A stretch of 64,000 nt of DNA from Clostridiales bacterium (GTDB lineage Bacteria > Bacillota > Clostridia > Christensenellales > CAG-138), in NCBI GenBank assembly GCA_004557245.1, contig SFEL01000011.1:6356-70355 (forward strand). The letters run 5' to 3'. The notes below the pieces were generated by a model that was not told the origin of the DNA, ran no database searches, and saw nothing but the letters and a program-made list of their open reading frames with translations. How positions within the stretch are numbered: the stretch's first letter is position 1; each line of letters begins with the position of its first letter. Shown here piece by piece: positions 26,336 to 36,378 of the stretch. The translations under genes were made by a program, and so were the position numbers.

Positions 26336-28486
26336 ATGACTGATGTATTGCAGGGACTGAATAAGGCGCAGGCAGAGGCCGTGACGAGCACAGAGGGATT
26401 CGTGCGCGTCATAGCGGGGGCAGGCTCGGGCAAGACCCGGGCCCTTTCAAGGCGTTTCGCCTACCTTGTGAACGAGCTTGGCATACTGCCGGGTAACATA
26501 CTCTGCGTAACATTCACCAACAAATCCGCAAATGAGATGCGCCAGCGCATACACGCCCTTACCGGCGACAACGATACGGGCTACATAAACACCTTCCACG
26601 GCTTTTGCGTGAGCGTATTGCAGGAGGAGAGCTACGCGGTGCAGTACCCAAAGAGCTTCCTTGTGTTGGACAATTCCGATATAGACGCCATGCTGCAAAT
26701 CATATACGAGGAGCGGGGCCTTACCTTAAGAGACATGACCTTTTCGGATGCCCGGAACATGATAGAAATACAGAAGCTCTTCAAAAAGCCGGAGTATTAT
26801 CTGGACATGGTGAACATGTCCCTCGATGCACTTAGGGAAAAGTACATGGCGGCCACGGAGACCGGGGATATAATATTCTACGGCTATCTCTATCAGGAGA
26901 AGAAGTGCTTTGCCCTCGACTACAACGACCTCATAAAGTTCACTCTGTACATATTTTCGGAAAACGCCCATATACGGCTCAAGTGGCAGCGGCGGCTGGA
27001 ATACATAATGATAGACGAGTTCCAGGATATAGACGACTTGCAGTATCAGCTCATGACGGTATTGTGCGGTTATCATAAAAATCTGTTCATAGTGGGCGAT
27101 CCGGATCAGACCATATACACGTGGCGCGGCGCAAACGTGAAATATCTGCTGGATTTTGATAAGGCCTTTCCGGGCACGAAGACCGTGATGATGATGGAGA
27201 ACTACCGTTCCACTCCCGAGATACTGGCGGCGGCCAACTCCCTCATAAGCCGCAACCGCAACAGAATAGAAAAGGAACTCATACCTACGCTGCCCTCCGG
27301 GCCCAAGGTAGTGTGCCACCACGGCGAAAACGGCGAGGAGGAGGCAAAATGGATAGCGGGACGCATAGATGAGCTGCACAGCGGAGGCGTGCCGTACCGG
27401 GATATGACGGTGCTTTACCGTGCCCATTACGTGACCAGGAACATCGAGGAGGTATTCTTAAAGCAGAAGCTGCCTTACGTGATATACAGCGGGGTGCAGT
27501 TCTTCAACAGGGCGGAGATAAAGGACGCCCTGAGCTACCTCAGAATGATAACCTACAAGGACGACCTTTCCTTCCTGCGCATCGCCAACACTCCCAAGCG
27601 CAACATAGGCAGGCGGCGCATGGACTTCCTGAAGGAGGTCGCGGAAAAGCAGGGCTGTTCTCTGTATGAGGCCATGGAGCGCAGTCTGGACGACCAGATA
27701 TTCAAGGGTACAAAGGCCGCTTCCTTCCGTTTGCTGATAGAAGGCTTTGCCGCATCGTCTCAGGACAGGCCGGTATCCGAGGTGCTCTCCGGCATACTGG
27801 ATCAGAGCGGGTATGAGAAGATGCTGCGCACAGAGGGAAGCCAGGAGCGGCTCGACAACCTTGCGGAACTGAAGCAGGCGGTACACGAGTTTGAGACTAC
27901 CTGCGGCGAGGAAGCCACTATAGAAAGCTACCTTAAATATATAGCGCTCTTTACAAACAGCGACACGGCGGAGGCGGGGGACAAGGTAAAGCTCATGACG
28001 GTGCATACCGCAAAGGGCCTTGAATTCCCGTACGTGTTTCTCTGCGGCATGAACGAGGGAATATTCCCTTCGAGGAAGACTGCCACCCGGGAGGGAATGG
28101 AGGAGGAGCGGCGGCTTGCCTTCGTGGCCGTGACGAGGGCGGAGAAGGAGCTTTACATAACGGAGGCGGAGGGCCACAACTTTGACGGCACGCCCAGATA
28201 CCCTTCGCGCTTCATATTGGACATAGACCAGCAGCTGCTGCACTATACCCAGCCGCCCCGGGAGGAGCTTATCGCCCGGGCAAAGGACATGATAGCCTTC
28301 AACGAGCGGCACCTTAAGGACGGCGACGAGGAAAGACTCGCCATAGGCAGCCGGGTGCGCCACGACGTTTTTGGCGAGGGCGCGATAGAGAATATAGACG
28401 TGGACAGGGGGGCGTACATGGTGCGGTTCGACGGCATGGCTACGCCGCGCATGATATCCTTCAGGGCAAAGCTGACAGCGCTGTAA
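26336..28486 (+). CDS. pcrA: ATP-dependent DNA helicase, UvrD/PcrA family
   Basis: ATG 26336 follows AGGGAGG. Motifs AGAGSGKTR, IDEFQD and TVHTAKGLEF. Confidence 0.85.
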   Translation: MTDVLQGLNKAQAEAVTSTEGFVRVIAGAGSGKTRALSRRFAYLVNELGILPGNILCVTFTNKSANEMRQRIHALTGDNDTGYINTFHGFCVSVLQEESYAVQYPKSFLVLDNSDIDAMLQIIYEERGLTLRDMTFSDARNMIEIQKLFKKPEYYLDMVNMSLDALREKYMAATETGDIIFYGYLYQEKKCFALDYNDLIKFTLYIFSENAHIRLKWQRRLEYIMIDEFQDIDDLQYQLMTVLCGYHKNLFIVGDPDQTIYTWRGANVKYLLDFDKAFPGTKTVMMMENYRSTPEILAAANSLISRNRNRIEKELIPTLPSGPKVVCHHGENGEEEAKWIAGRIDELHSGGVPYRDMTVLYRAHYVTRNIEEVFLKQKLPYVIYSGVQFFNRAEIKDALSYLRMITYKDDLSFLRIANTPKRNIGRRRMDFLKEVAEKQGCSLYEAMERSLDDQIFKGTKAASFRLLIEGFAASSQDRPVSEVLSGILDQSGYEKMLRTEGSQERLDNLAELKQAVHEFETTCGEEATIESYLKYIALFTNSDTAEAGDKVKLMTVHTAKGLEFPYVFLCGMNEGIFPSRKTATREGMEEERRLAFVAVTRAEKELYITEAEGHNFDGTPRYPSRFILDIDQQLLHYTQPPREELIARAKDMIAFNERHLKDGDEERLAIGSRVRHDVFGEGAIENIDVDRGAYMVRFDGMATPRMISFRAKLTAL

Positions 28487-28673
28487 AAACATAAATCCGT
28501 CTGACAGCGGCTTTTCAGAATCGAATTTTTTGTGAACAGAATGAAAATACGGCTAAGGTGTGTTGATTTATTCATATTTTGGGTCTAATATACATTACTT
28601 GTCGATGGAAGATGAGTCCACCGGCAATAACCTCCCCGGCAGCGCCGGGAGATTTTTAGGAGGAAATAGAAAT

Positions 28674-29456
28674 ATGAAGAAGATCAGATACATTATATGT
28701 GTCGCCATGGCGGCGATTATGCTGCTTGCAGCTGCGGGCTGCCAGAACGGCAGCGGCGAAACAGCGGCTGAGCCTGCAAACACCGAAGAACCTTCGGCTG
28801 AAGCCCCGGCAGATCAGAGCGAATATGCTGCAAAAGCTGATGAAGCCTATAAGGCGGCCGTAGAAAAGCTGGTAAACGACAAGGTATTCCCAAACGGGGA
28901 GGACACTGGCTTTGAGGCCGACTCTTTCTTCGGTGATATGGACGAGAACAAGTATGCCATTGCGGATGTGGACAGCGACGGTAAAGATGAGCTTATAATC
29001 TCATTCACCACCGCTCCCGTAGCGGGCGAGGTGGAGCAGGTGTACGGCTATAATGATGCCGACGGCACCCTCAAGCTGAAGCTCAACGAATTTCCCCTGG
29101 TAACTTACTATACAAACGGAATTGCTGAGGTAGGCTGGTCCCACAATCAGGGCTGGGCAGGCGAAAGACTGTGGCCCTATTCACTGTTCTTCTACAATGC
29201 CGATAAGGACGAGTACGAGATGCGCTATTCCGTAGACGCATGGGACAAGGCCCTTGCCGATAAGGACGCGGACGGCAACCCATACCCTGCCGATATAGAT
29301 AAGGAAAACGCCGGTTACGTTGTGATACTTACGGAAGGCACGGAAACAAGGTATATCAGCGCATCCGAATATGAGACATGGCGCAGTGATACGCTGGGCG
29401 GGGCGCAGAAGATAGAGGTAGAATACAAGCCCGTGACCGGCAGCGAGGAAAAGTAA
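28674..29456 (+). CDS. lipoprotein of unknown function
   Basis: ATG 28674 follows AGGAGGA. Lipobox LLAAAGC followed by an acidic low-complexity linker. Confidence 0.6.
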   Translation: MKKIRYIICVAMAAIMLLAAAGCQNGSGETAAEPANTEEPSAEAPADQSEYAAKADEAYKAAVEKLVNDKVFPNGEDTGFEADSFFGDMDENKYAIADVDSDGKDELIISFTTAPVAGEVEQVYGYNDADGTLKLKLNEFPLVTYYTNGIAEVGWSHNQGWAGERLWPYSLFFYNADKDEYEMRYSVDAWDKALADKDADGNPYPADIDKENAGYVVILTEGTETRYISASEYETWRSDTLGGAQKIEVEYKPVTGSEEK

Positions 29457-29753
29457 AAGTATTCCCCCGGGAATTTCAAAAAACCGGGGGATATTTGTAT
29501 ATTTCTATCTTGAGAAATCGGCGCGATTATGCTAAAATATATCATATATGGGGTAAAAGAATAATTACCCAGTCAGTTTTCAACGAAAAGGGTTGACTTT
29601 GCCATGAGAGATAATATTATAATCTTGGCAGGCAGGATAAGTCCGGCCTTTTTGGGGCTGCTCAAAATAACATAGGCATACATTGGATACCGTTACGGCG
29701 TAAAGCGCCGGGGCGGTATTTTTGTATATAAAAAACCGAAAGGTGAAGAACCA

Positions 29754-31697
29754 ATGAAAAAAACACTTGCACTGATCCTTACGTTTATAATGGTGCTGGC
29801 GCTCGTGCCGACCGTGGCGCTGGCAGAGGAACTGAATATCCAAAAGGTTGAGATCGTTGACACCATAAAGAATGACGGGCGCCTTAGCCTGAAAGTGACA
29901 GGTGGTGCTGATGATGACATAACGAACCAGTTACCCGGATCTGGCTATACGATAACGTGGAAAAGGGGCGAAAGTGAAGTCAAGCGCGTAAAGGTCACCG
30001 GAAACGAATACAACATGGCGGATAATGGGGCGTGGGTCAATGTGGCTTATGACCAGGGCGCACAGAAAACCTATACCGTCACTGTAAGCAAGGGTGAAAC
30101 CGAAATAAAGTCCGCTTCTATGAAGGTCGATTGGAATGACAAGCTGAAGAACGGCAGCTTTGAAGATCCTACTGTTGCAGACGTCAGCGATGGTTCACAC
30201 GTCACGGTGTGTTTGGCAAACGACGGAACTCCGGCAATACAGTATATAAAGCAGGAAGCAGTTCCGGGCTGGAAAACCACCGTAAAGACATATACGGGGG
30301 AACCGACCAGCCACGACAAAGCTCATTGGATCGAGATCGGAAATGTTGAAAAGCAGTATAACAACGGAACCCCAAACCCATATAAATGCGATAAAGCTAA
30401 GAAAGGTGATCAGGTGGCGGAGCTTAACGCTATTGCTCCCGGCGCGCTTTATCAGGATGTTTTGACCGTTCCTACCGCTACGATGAAGTGGCGGGTCAGC
30501 CACAGGGGACGTCTCGGTTATGATACTATGGCGTTGGTCATCGCGCCCCTTTCGGAAGTTGAAAACTTGACGGAACAAGACGCGCTCAGAGATTATATCG
30601 ATGGCAAGCTTATTAATGGCGCTGCAGAATATAACGGCGATGGTGTTTTCATAAAGACATTCAAGAGTGACAACACAGAGTGGGGCACTTATACCGGCTC
30701 ATACATAGTTCCCCCCGATCAGTTCGCTACCCGCTACTTCTTTGTGGCGATGGAAACCAATGGAGGTAATCTCAGTTGCGGCAATCTGCTTGACGATCTG
30801 GATTTTGAGACTACTACTCCTCGGCCCGACGATGGTGAGGGTCGGCTGATAATAGAGAAGAAGATAGTTGGGCTAAGCCAGGAAGGTGCCAAGACGCTGA
30901 TTGATAAAGATTTTATAACCTATCAGGTTGGAAATGCAGAGTCGCAGCCAGCTAAGCTTAACAATTTGACCGCCGATCAAAACGGCGGCTTTACCGCCAC
31001 GTTCACGACTGGCATAACAGTTCCTGCAAACGGCGAGGTTACTGTTACAGTAGCGGAAGATGAAAAAAAAGCGGCGGTCGATGGCTATAAGCTCACTGTT
31101 AGCGATGACAACCAACAGACCGTGACCATCAAGGAAAGAGAAACGCAGGTCGTCAGCTTTACCAACACCTATGAATCAACTCAGCCGCCACTCGACACCG
31201 GCACCCTCACCGTAACAAAGACCGTGACCGGCAACGAAGGCGATAAAAACAAGGATTTCACCTTTACCGTAACGCTGAAGAGGCCGGAGATTACCGTAGA
31301 TGCCTTGGCTACACCGATTATCAACGCAACTCCTGGTACGTCCGCCGCGCCTACCCCCGTCACCGAAACATATGACGGCGTAACCTTCATCAACGGAGTA
31401 GCGACCTTCACCCTCAAGCACAACGAGAGCAAGACGATAAAAGGTATTCCGGCAGACATGACCTACACCGTGACCGAGAGCGACAACGCCGGATATACCG
31501 TGACTATGAGCGGCAATACCGGCACCATTAAGGCCGGAGAGACCTCAACCGCAGCCTTTAATAACTACAAGGCGGGCGACAGCGGTCACAGTTACTACTA
31601 CCCCACCGCCACCCCCGTTCCCGTGATAGTCATACCCCCCAAGACCGGCGATATGACGGTTTGGCAGAGCATACTGCACTTCTTAGGGATAAGGTAA
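29754..31697 (+). CDS. cell-surface protein with a signal peptide, Cna-B/prealbumin-like repeats and a PPKTG sorting signal
   Basis: 647-aa ORF. Contains TVTKTVTGNEGDKNKDFTFTV and YTVTESDNAGYTV. The C-terminus is PPKTGD, a short hydrophobic tail, then R. Confidence 0.7.
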   Translation: MKKTLALILTFIMVLALVPTVALAEELNIQKVEIVDTIKNDGRLSLKVTGGADDDITNQLPGSGYTITWKRGESEVKRVKVTGNEYNMADNGAWVNVAYDQGAQKTYTVTVSKGETEIKSASMKVDWNDKLKNGSFEDPTVADVSDGSHVTVCLANDGTPAIQYIKQEAVPGWKTTVKTYTGEPTSHDKAHWIEIGNVEKQYNNGTPNPYKCDKAKKGDQVAELNAIAPGALYQDVLTVPTATMKWRVSHRGRLGYDTMALVIAPLSEVENLTEQDALRDYIDGKLINGAAEYNGDGVFIKTFKSDNTEWGTYTGSYIVPPDQFATRYFFVAMETNGGNLSCGNLLDDLDFETTTPRPDDGEGRLIIEKKIVGLSQEGAKTLIDKDFITYQVGNAESQPAKLNNLTADQNGGFTATFTTGITVPANGEVTVTVAEDEKKAAVDGYKLTVSDDNQQTVTIKERETQVVSFTNTYESTQPPLDTGTLTVTKTVTGNEGDKNKDFTFTVTLKRPEITVDALATPIINATPGTSAAPTPVTETYDGVTFINGVATFTLKHNESKTIKGIPADMTYTVTESDNAGYTVTMSGNTGTIKAGETSTAAFNNYKAGDSGHSYYYPTATPVPVIVIPPKTGDMTVWQSILHFLGIR

Positions 31698-31717
31698 GCA
31701 AATAGCGGAATGAATAA

Positions 31718-31747
31718 GCCCCCGGCTGCGGCCGGGGGCGATTTTTT
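31718..31747. terminator. bidirectional terminator
   Basis: GCCCCCGGC / GCCGGGGGC stem followed by GATTTTTT. Confidence 0.75.
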
Positions 31748-31756
31748 GTATCGGGC

Positions 31757-32542
31757 TTATATCAGGAGCATCCTGTCGTTATTCAGCGCCTTGCCGGATA
31801 TTTCCTTGAAGCGCAGCAGCAAATCGGCCATTTCGAGAGCTTCCCGCTCTACTCCGGATACGTCCATTACCACGCGGCCGGCGTCCATCATTATGGTGCG
31901 GCTGCCCAGCTCCAGGGCGGACTGCATGTTGTGTGTCACCATAAGGCAGGTCAGGCCGTTTTCCGCCACTATCGAGGTGGTGAGAGAAAGTATCTTTTCC
32001 GCCGCGCCGGGGTCCAGCGCCGCCGTGTGCTCATCCAGCAGCAGCAGCATTGGCGGGTTTATGGTGGCCATCATAAGTGTGAGCGCCTGCCGCTGGCCGC
32101 CGGAGAGCAGCCCCACCGGCTGCTGCATCCTGTTTTCAAGGCCCATGTTCAGCATGGCTACCCTGTCCCGGAGGGTCGCCCTGTCGGCCTTGGAAAGGTG
32201 GCTGAGCCAACCGCCCTTGCCGGAGGCCAGAGCCAGATTTTCCTCAATGGTCATCCCGGGTGCGGTACCGCGCATGGGATCCTGAAACAGCCTGCCTATA
32301 TGCTTTGCCCTGATGTGCTCAGGCATGAGGGTGATGTCACAGCCTGCCATGGTTATGGTGCCGCTATCGGCTATGAAGCTGCCGGCAATGGCGTTGAGCA
32401 GGGTGGATTTGCCCGCGCCGTTGGCGCCTATTATAGTAATGAAATCGCCCTTTTCCACATTGAGGTAGAGGTCGTTGAGCACCAGCTTCTCGTTTGGCGT
32501 GCCCGGGTTGAAGGACTTTGAAATGTGGGAAATGTTAAGCAT
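31757..32542 (-). CDS. ABC transporter ATP-binding protein (COG2984-type, putative Trp/Tyr uptake system)
   Basis: 261-aa ORF with GANGAGKST, LSGGQRQ and LLLDEH. The start overlaps the permease stop. Confidence 0.8.
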   Translation of the reverse strand: MLNISHISKSFNPGTPNEKLVLNDLYLNVEKGDFITIIGANGAGKSTLLNAIAGSFIADSGTITMAGCDITLMPEHIRAKHIGRLFQDPMRGTAPGMTIEENLALASGKGGWLSHLSKADRATLRDRVAMLNMGLENRMQQPVGLLSGGQRQALTLMMATINPPMLLLLDEHTAALDPGAAEKILSLTTSIVAENGLTCLMVTHNMQSALELGSRTIMMDAGRVVMDVSGVEREALEMADLLLRFKEISGKALNNDRMLLI

Positions 32543-33474
32543 CAGGCAGCCCTCCTTCCGTTGCGCTGGGCAAGCTTGCGCTTATACAGCGGAAGCTGCT
32601 CCTTGAGGTAGGGTATGGATATTGCCGCCACGACTATGACTGAGGATACCAGCTTCAGCATGAAGGCGGGCATATTGAAGCGCAATGCAACGGTGTAAAC
32701 CAGTCTGAACACGAAGGCGCCTATAACCATACCGAATATGCGGAGCGGCATCTTGCGCCTGCCCATGAAAACATTGCCTATGAGCAGTGAAGCGAGGGCT
32801 ATAGTTACCATGCCGGAGCCTATGTCGATGTTTACCGACTTCTGAGACTGAGCCAACAGACAGCCGGACAGCGCCGTAAAGCTGTTTGCCACGCAAAGCC
32901 CGACTATCGTGGTAAAGGCGGGGTTGATGGAGGATGAGCGCACCATGTCCGGGTTGTTGCCTGTGGCTCGTATGGCGAGGCCAAGACGGGTACGGAGGAA
33001 CAGGCCGAGAATAACGGCTATTGCAAGCACCGCGATGACTATAACGAACAGCTTGTACTGGCTGCCCAGAATTCCGCCGCTCAGCATATCCTTAGCTCTT
33101 GTGAACACCGTCTCCGTCTTGTTCATGTTCAGTATAGAGGAGCCCCCCATAACGCCTATATTGACGGAATACAGCGCGGTGTTGACGATTATGCCGGAAA
33201 GAAGGCTGTTCACGCCCATTTTAGTCTGCAAAATGGCCGTAATGAAGCCTGATGCCACGCCGGAGAGCATGGCGGCGGGAACAGAAAGGTAGGGGTGCCC
33301 GGATATGGCGACAGCCGCGCCTACCACTGCGCCCAGCGTGAAGCAGCCGTCCGTGGAAAGGTCGCAGACGTTGAGCATGGAGTAGCTTAGGAACAGCGCC
33401 AGTACCGTAAGTGAGGATATGAGCCCCAGTTCAAGGGCGGTCTGTACAAGGCCAAGGGCCGAACTCAGTGACAT
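32542..33474 (-). CDS. ABC transporter permease (COG2984-type system)
   Basis: 310-aa polytopic membrane ORF between the SBP and ATPase genes. Confidence 0.8.
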   Translation of the reverse strand: MSLSSALGLVQTALELGLISSLTVLALFLSYSMLNVCDLSTDGCFTLGAVVGAAVAISGHPYLSVPAAMLSGVASGFITAILQTKMGVNSLLSGIIVNTALYSVNIGVMGGSSILNMNKTETVFTRAKDMLSGGILGSQYKLFVIVIAVLAIAVILGLFLRTRLGLAIRATGNNPDMVRSSSINPAFTTIVGLCVANSFTALSGCLLAQSQKSVNIDIGSGMVTIALASLLIGNVFMGRRKMPLRIFGMVIGAFVFRLVYTVALRFNMPAFMLKLVSSVIVVAAISIPYLKEQLPLYKRKLAQRNGRRAA

Positions 33475-33513
33475 TGCAATAAGCCTTTCTTACTATTCTA
33501 TATATATATATTA

Positions 33514-34554
33514 TCAGTTGAGCTCGTCGAAGCTTTCGGCGGTAACTATGCTCTGAACCTTGGTGCAGAAGGGAGCGAAGGCCTTTTCAATATCGTCGAA
33601 CTTGTAGCCAAGCTTTTCGCAGGTTTCGGTATTTACGGTAGCGCAGCCGTTGTCAAAGGTGCGAACGGGAAGCTCGGCGGGGTTTTTGCCTTCCAGAGCT
33701 ACTTCGGCTATCATGTTGGCGGTTTCGACGCCCAGGTTGGCGTAGTCCACGCCGTAGCCGAGGAATGCGCCGTTGAGGGCGAAGGAGTCTGCACCGGTGT
33801 AGTGGGGTATGCCGGCCTCGGCCAGCAGCTCGTAGATGCTGAGTTCAGCTTTCATTATGGTGTTGTCGGTAGGGGTAAATACCGCGTCAACGCCGTCGGC
33901 TATCAGGGATTGTACAGCCAGCACAACCTCATCAACTGTGGTGCCGGTGTAATCGGCGTATGCTACTCCGCGGGCATCCAGATCGGCCTTGGCGGCGGCG
34001 ATGGGGGTTGCGGAGGAATCCTGACCTATGTCGTACAGCAGACCTACCTTAGCGGTATCCTGCTTTGCAGCGAACATCAGGTTTATTACAGCAGCGGTGT
34101 CAAGGTAGTCGGAGGTTCCTGTAACGTTGCTGCCGGGAGCCTCGAGAGATTCCACGATGCCGGTAGATACGGGGTCGGATACGGCGGCGAATACTACGGG
34201 TATCTGGTTATCCTCGGTGGCAGCCTGCATGGCCATGGCAACCGGGGTGGCAACGCCTACCATTATATCAACGCCGTCGGCGATGAAGTTGGATATTATC
34301 TGGTTCATAAGGTTGGCATCAGCGTTGCAGTTGTCGTAGGATACGTTGAAGGTGACGCCCTTTTCTTCGCCTATCTCCTTGAGGCGGGACTGTATATTGT
34401 CCACGATCTGGTTAAGAGAAGCGTCGTCAACGTAGTTGCAGATACCGACCTTTATTTCCTTGCCGGCTTCTGTCCCGGAGGGAGCCTTGCCGCAGGCGGT
34501 GAGGCAGCTGAGTGCGATAAGTACGGTGAGTGCCAGTGCGATGATCTTTTTCAT
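33514..34554 (-). CDS. ABC transporter substrate-binding lipoprotein (ABC_sub_bind / COG2984 family)
   Basis: ATG 34552-34554 follows GAAAGGAAGGAA. Lipobox LSCLTAC. The ORF-track extension covers the T-box leader and is rejected. Confidence 0.8.
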   Translation of the reverse strand: MKKIIALALTVLIALSCLTACGKAPSGTEAGKEIKVGICNYVDDASLNQIVDNIQSRLKEIGEEKGVTFNVSYDNCNADANLMNQIISNFIADGVDIMVGVATPVAMAMQAATEDNQIPVVFAAVSDPVSTGIVESLEAPGSNVTGTSDYLDTAAVINLMFAAKQDTAKVGLLYDIGQDSSATPIAAAKADLDARGVAYADYTGTTVDEVVLAVQSLIADGVDAVFTPTDNTIMKAELSIYELLAEAGIPHYTGADSFALNGAFLGYGVDYANLGVETANMIAEVALEGKNPAELPVRTFDNGCATVNTETCEKLGYKFDDIEKAFAPFCTKVQSIVTAESFDELN

Positions 34555-34602
34555 TTTGTTTTCCTTCCTTTCATAAGCTTGAAGCTTTAAGATTTTTAAA
34601 AT

Positions 34603-34883
34603 AAAAACTCCCGTCACAGCAATTAAACACTGCTGGGACAGGAGTGATATTCCTGCGGTGCCACCCGGCTTGACGCGAACTGCGCCCACTTTGCGCGTAC
34701 TATATAATACGCTGGCCTTTGGTTACGGAGAGCCTTGCTCCGTCTCACATACTCCAGGGCTTATGCCCTGTTTCCGGTCGCCCTCAGAAGTCCATTCGAT
34801 CCTGTCTTATTCTGCCGCGATCGCACCTCCCGCGGTTCTCTGAAAGAACAGCTTCAGAATCTACTTACTCTTCTTCAACGGTT
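34603..34883 (-). promoter_or_regulatory. T-box riboswitch leader, Trp specifier (UGG)
   Basis: On the minus strand: AGAGA (34837-34841), GGUGCGA (34821-34827), GAA-UGG-A specifier (UGG = 34792-34794), T-box GGGUGGCACCGC (34655-34668), terminator 34608-34644 with a U-run. Confidence 0.85.
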
Positions 34884-34889
34884 TTTTGC

Positions 34890-34918
34890 ATTGTAGCACC
34901 AAGAAAGGCGGCTGTCAA
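34890..34918 (-). promoter_or_regulatory. sigma-A promoter driving the T-box leader
   Basis: On the minus strand: TTGACA (34913-34918), 17-nt spacer, TACAAT (34890-34895). Confidence 0.65.
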
Positions 34919-35016
34919 GAATTTTATCAAAATTTGTTTTCAAAACAGCCATAGAATATAAGGCGCAATAATGGTATGATATAGCATATGAAATATATGA
35001 GAGGGCGGTTACGCAT

Positions 35017-35382
35017 ATGCGCTTTGTAGGCAATGCATTATGGTTTATATTTGCAGGGCTCTGGCTTGGTCTGGGCTGGGCGCTGGCAGGGCTGCTCTGG
35101 TGCATAACCATAATAGGCATACCCTGGGGCGTACAGTGCTTCAAGTTTGCCAAGCTTCTGTTCCGCCCCTTCGGTAAGGACGTGCGGTTTGGGGGCGGCC
35201 TCGGCTCGCTTATACTCAATATAATATGGCTTTGCGTAAGCGGCCTGCCCCTCTGCGTTGAGGCGGTGCTCATAGGCTGCATACTATGCATCACCATAGT
35301 TGGCATACCTTTCGGCAAGCAGTGCTTCAAGTACGCCAAGCTAGCCTTAATGCCATTTGGTGCGGATATAGTAAAGACCTGA
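35017..35382 (+). CDS. yccF: YccF domain-containing membrane protein
   Basis: 121-aa ORF with two copies of the ITIIGIPWG / ITIVGIPFG motif. Confidence 0.75.
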   Translation: MRFVGNALWFIFAGLWLGLGWALAGLLWCITIIGIPWGVQCFKFAKLLFRPFGKDVRFGGGLGSLILNIIWLCVSGLPLCVEAVLIGCILCITIVGIPFGKQCFKYAKLALMPFGADIVKT

Positions 35383-35409
35383 TACGGTATTCAAGGATAA
35401 TTGCTGATC

Positions 35410-36327
35410 ATGGACAGTACAGACAACACGCTTTTGCTGATCCTCAACCCCGAGGCGGGGCTGAGGTACGCGAGGAAGTTCCTTCCCGAGATAATAGCGC
35501 TGTTTACCGATTACGGCTATCAGTGCCTAGTATTCGTTACCGAAAAGCGGGGGGACGCGACTGAATTCGTTAAAAAATACGGTGGAAGGGTCAAGTGCAT
35601 AGTGAGCATAGGCGGCGACGGCACCTTCAACGAGACCGTCACCGGCGTCATGCAGGCGGGCCTCAATATACCGGTGGGCTACATACCGGCAGGCAGCACA
35701 AACGACTTTGCCAACAGTCTGCACCTTCCTTCGGATATTATGAATGCGGCGAAGAATATAATGGAGGGAGAGCCTGTATCCATAGACGTCGGCAGGTTCC
35801 AGCAGAGATATTTTGCCTACGTGGCTTCTTTCGGCGCGTTTACACGGGCATCCTACGAGACGCCGCAAAACGTGAAGAACGCCCTGGGGCATCTCGCTTA
35901 TATACTGGAGGGCATGAAGAGCCTCGCCAGTATCCGCCCGGAGCACGTGAAGCTGATAGCTGACGGCAGGACGTATGAGAGCGAACTGCTCTTTGGAGCC
36001 GTGAGCAACTCCACCTCCCTTGGGGGCGTGCTGACGCTGGATCCCGACGTGGTGGATATGAACGACGGCAAGTTTGAGATAATGCTTGTGCATATGCCAA
36101 ATTCCGCCATAGAGCTCAACGAGATACTTACCGCCATAGCCAGCAAGCAGTATGAGTGCAGCATGATAGATTTCATACGCACAGACAGGGCGGAGATATT
36201 CGCCAGTCCGGATATGGACTGGTCGCTGGACGGCGAGCACCAGAAGGGCAGCGAGCACATAGTCATAGAAAACATACACGACGCATTGAGGATACTGACC
36301 AAAGAGACCATTGGCGGCGAAAAGTAA
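35410..36327 (+). CDS. diacylglycerol/lipid kinase family protein (YegS/BmrU type)
   Basis: GGDGTFNE motif, with LLILNPEAG near the N-terminus. ATG 35410 is preferred over TTG 35401. Confidence 0.8.
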   Translation: MDSTDNTLLLILNPEAGLRYARKFLPEIIALFTDYGYQCLVFVTEKRGDATEFVKKYGGRVKCIVSIGGDGTFNETVTGVMQAGLNIPVGYIPAGSTNDFANSLHLPSDIMNAAKNIMEGEPVSIDVGRFQQRYFAYVASFGAFTRASYETPQNVKNALGHLAYILEGMKSLASIRPEHVKLIADGRTYESELLFGAVSNSTSLGGVLTLDPDVVDMNDGKFEIMLVHMPNSAIELNEILTAIASKQYECSMIDFIRTDRAEIFASPDMDWSLDGEHQKGSEHIVIENIHDALRILTKETIGGEK

Positions 36328-36378
36328 ATACCCACACAGCCAAAACACCCGTCAGGGTGTTTTTTGCATATTCTGAAT

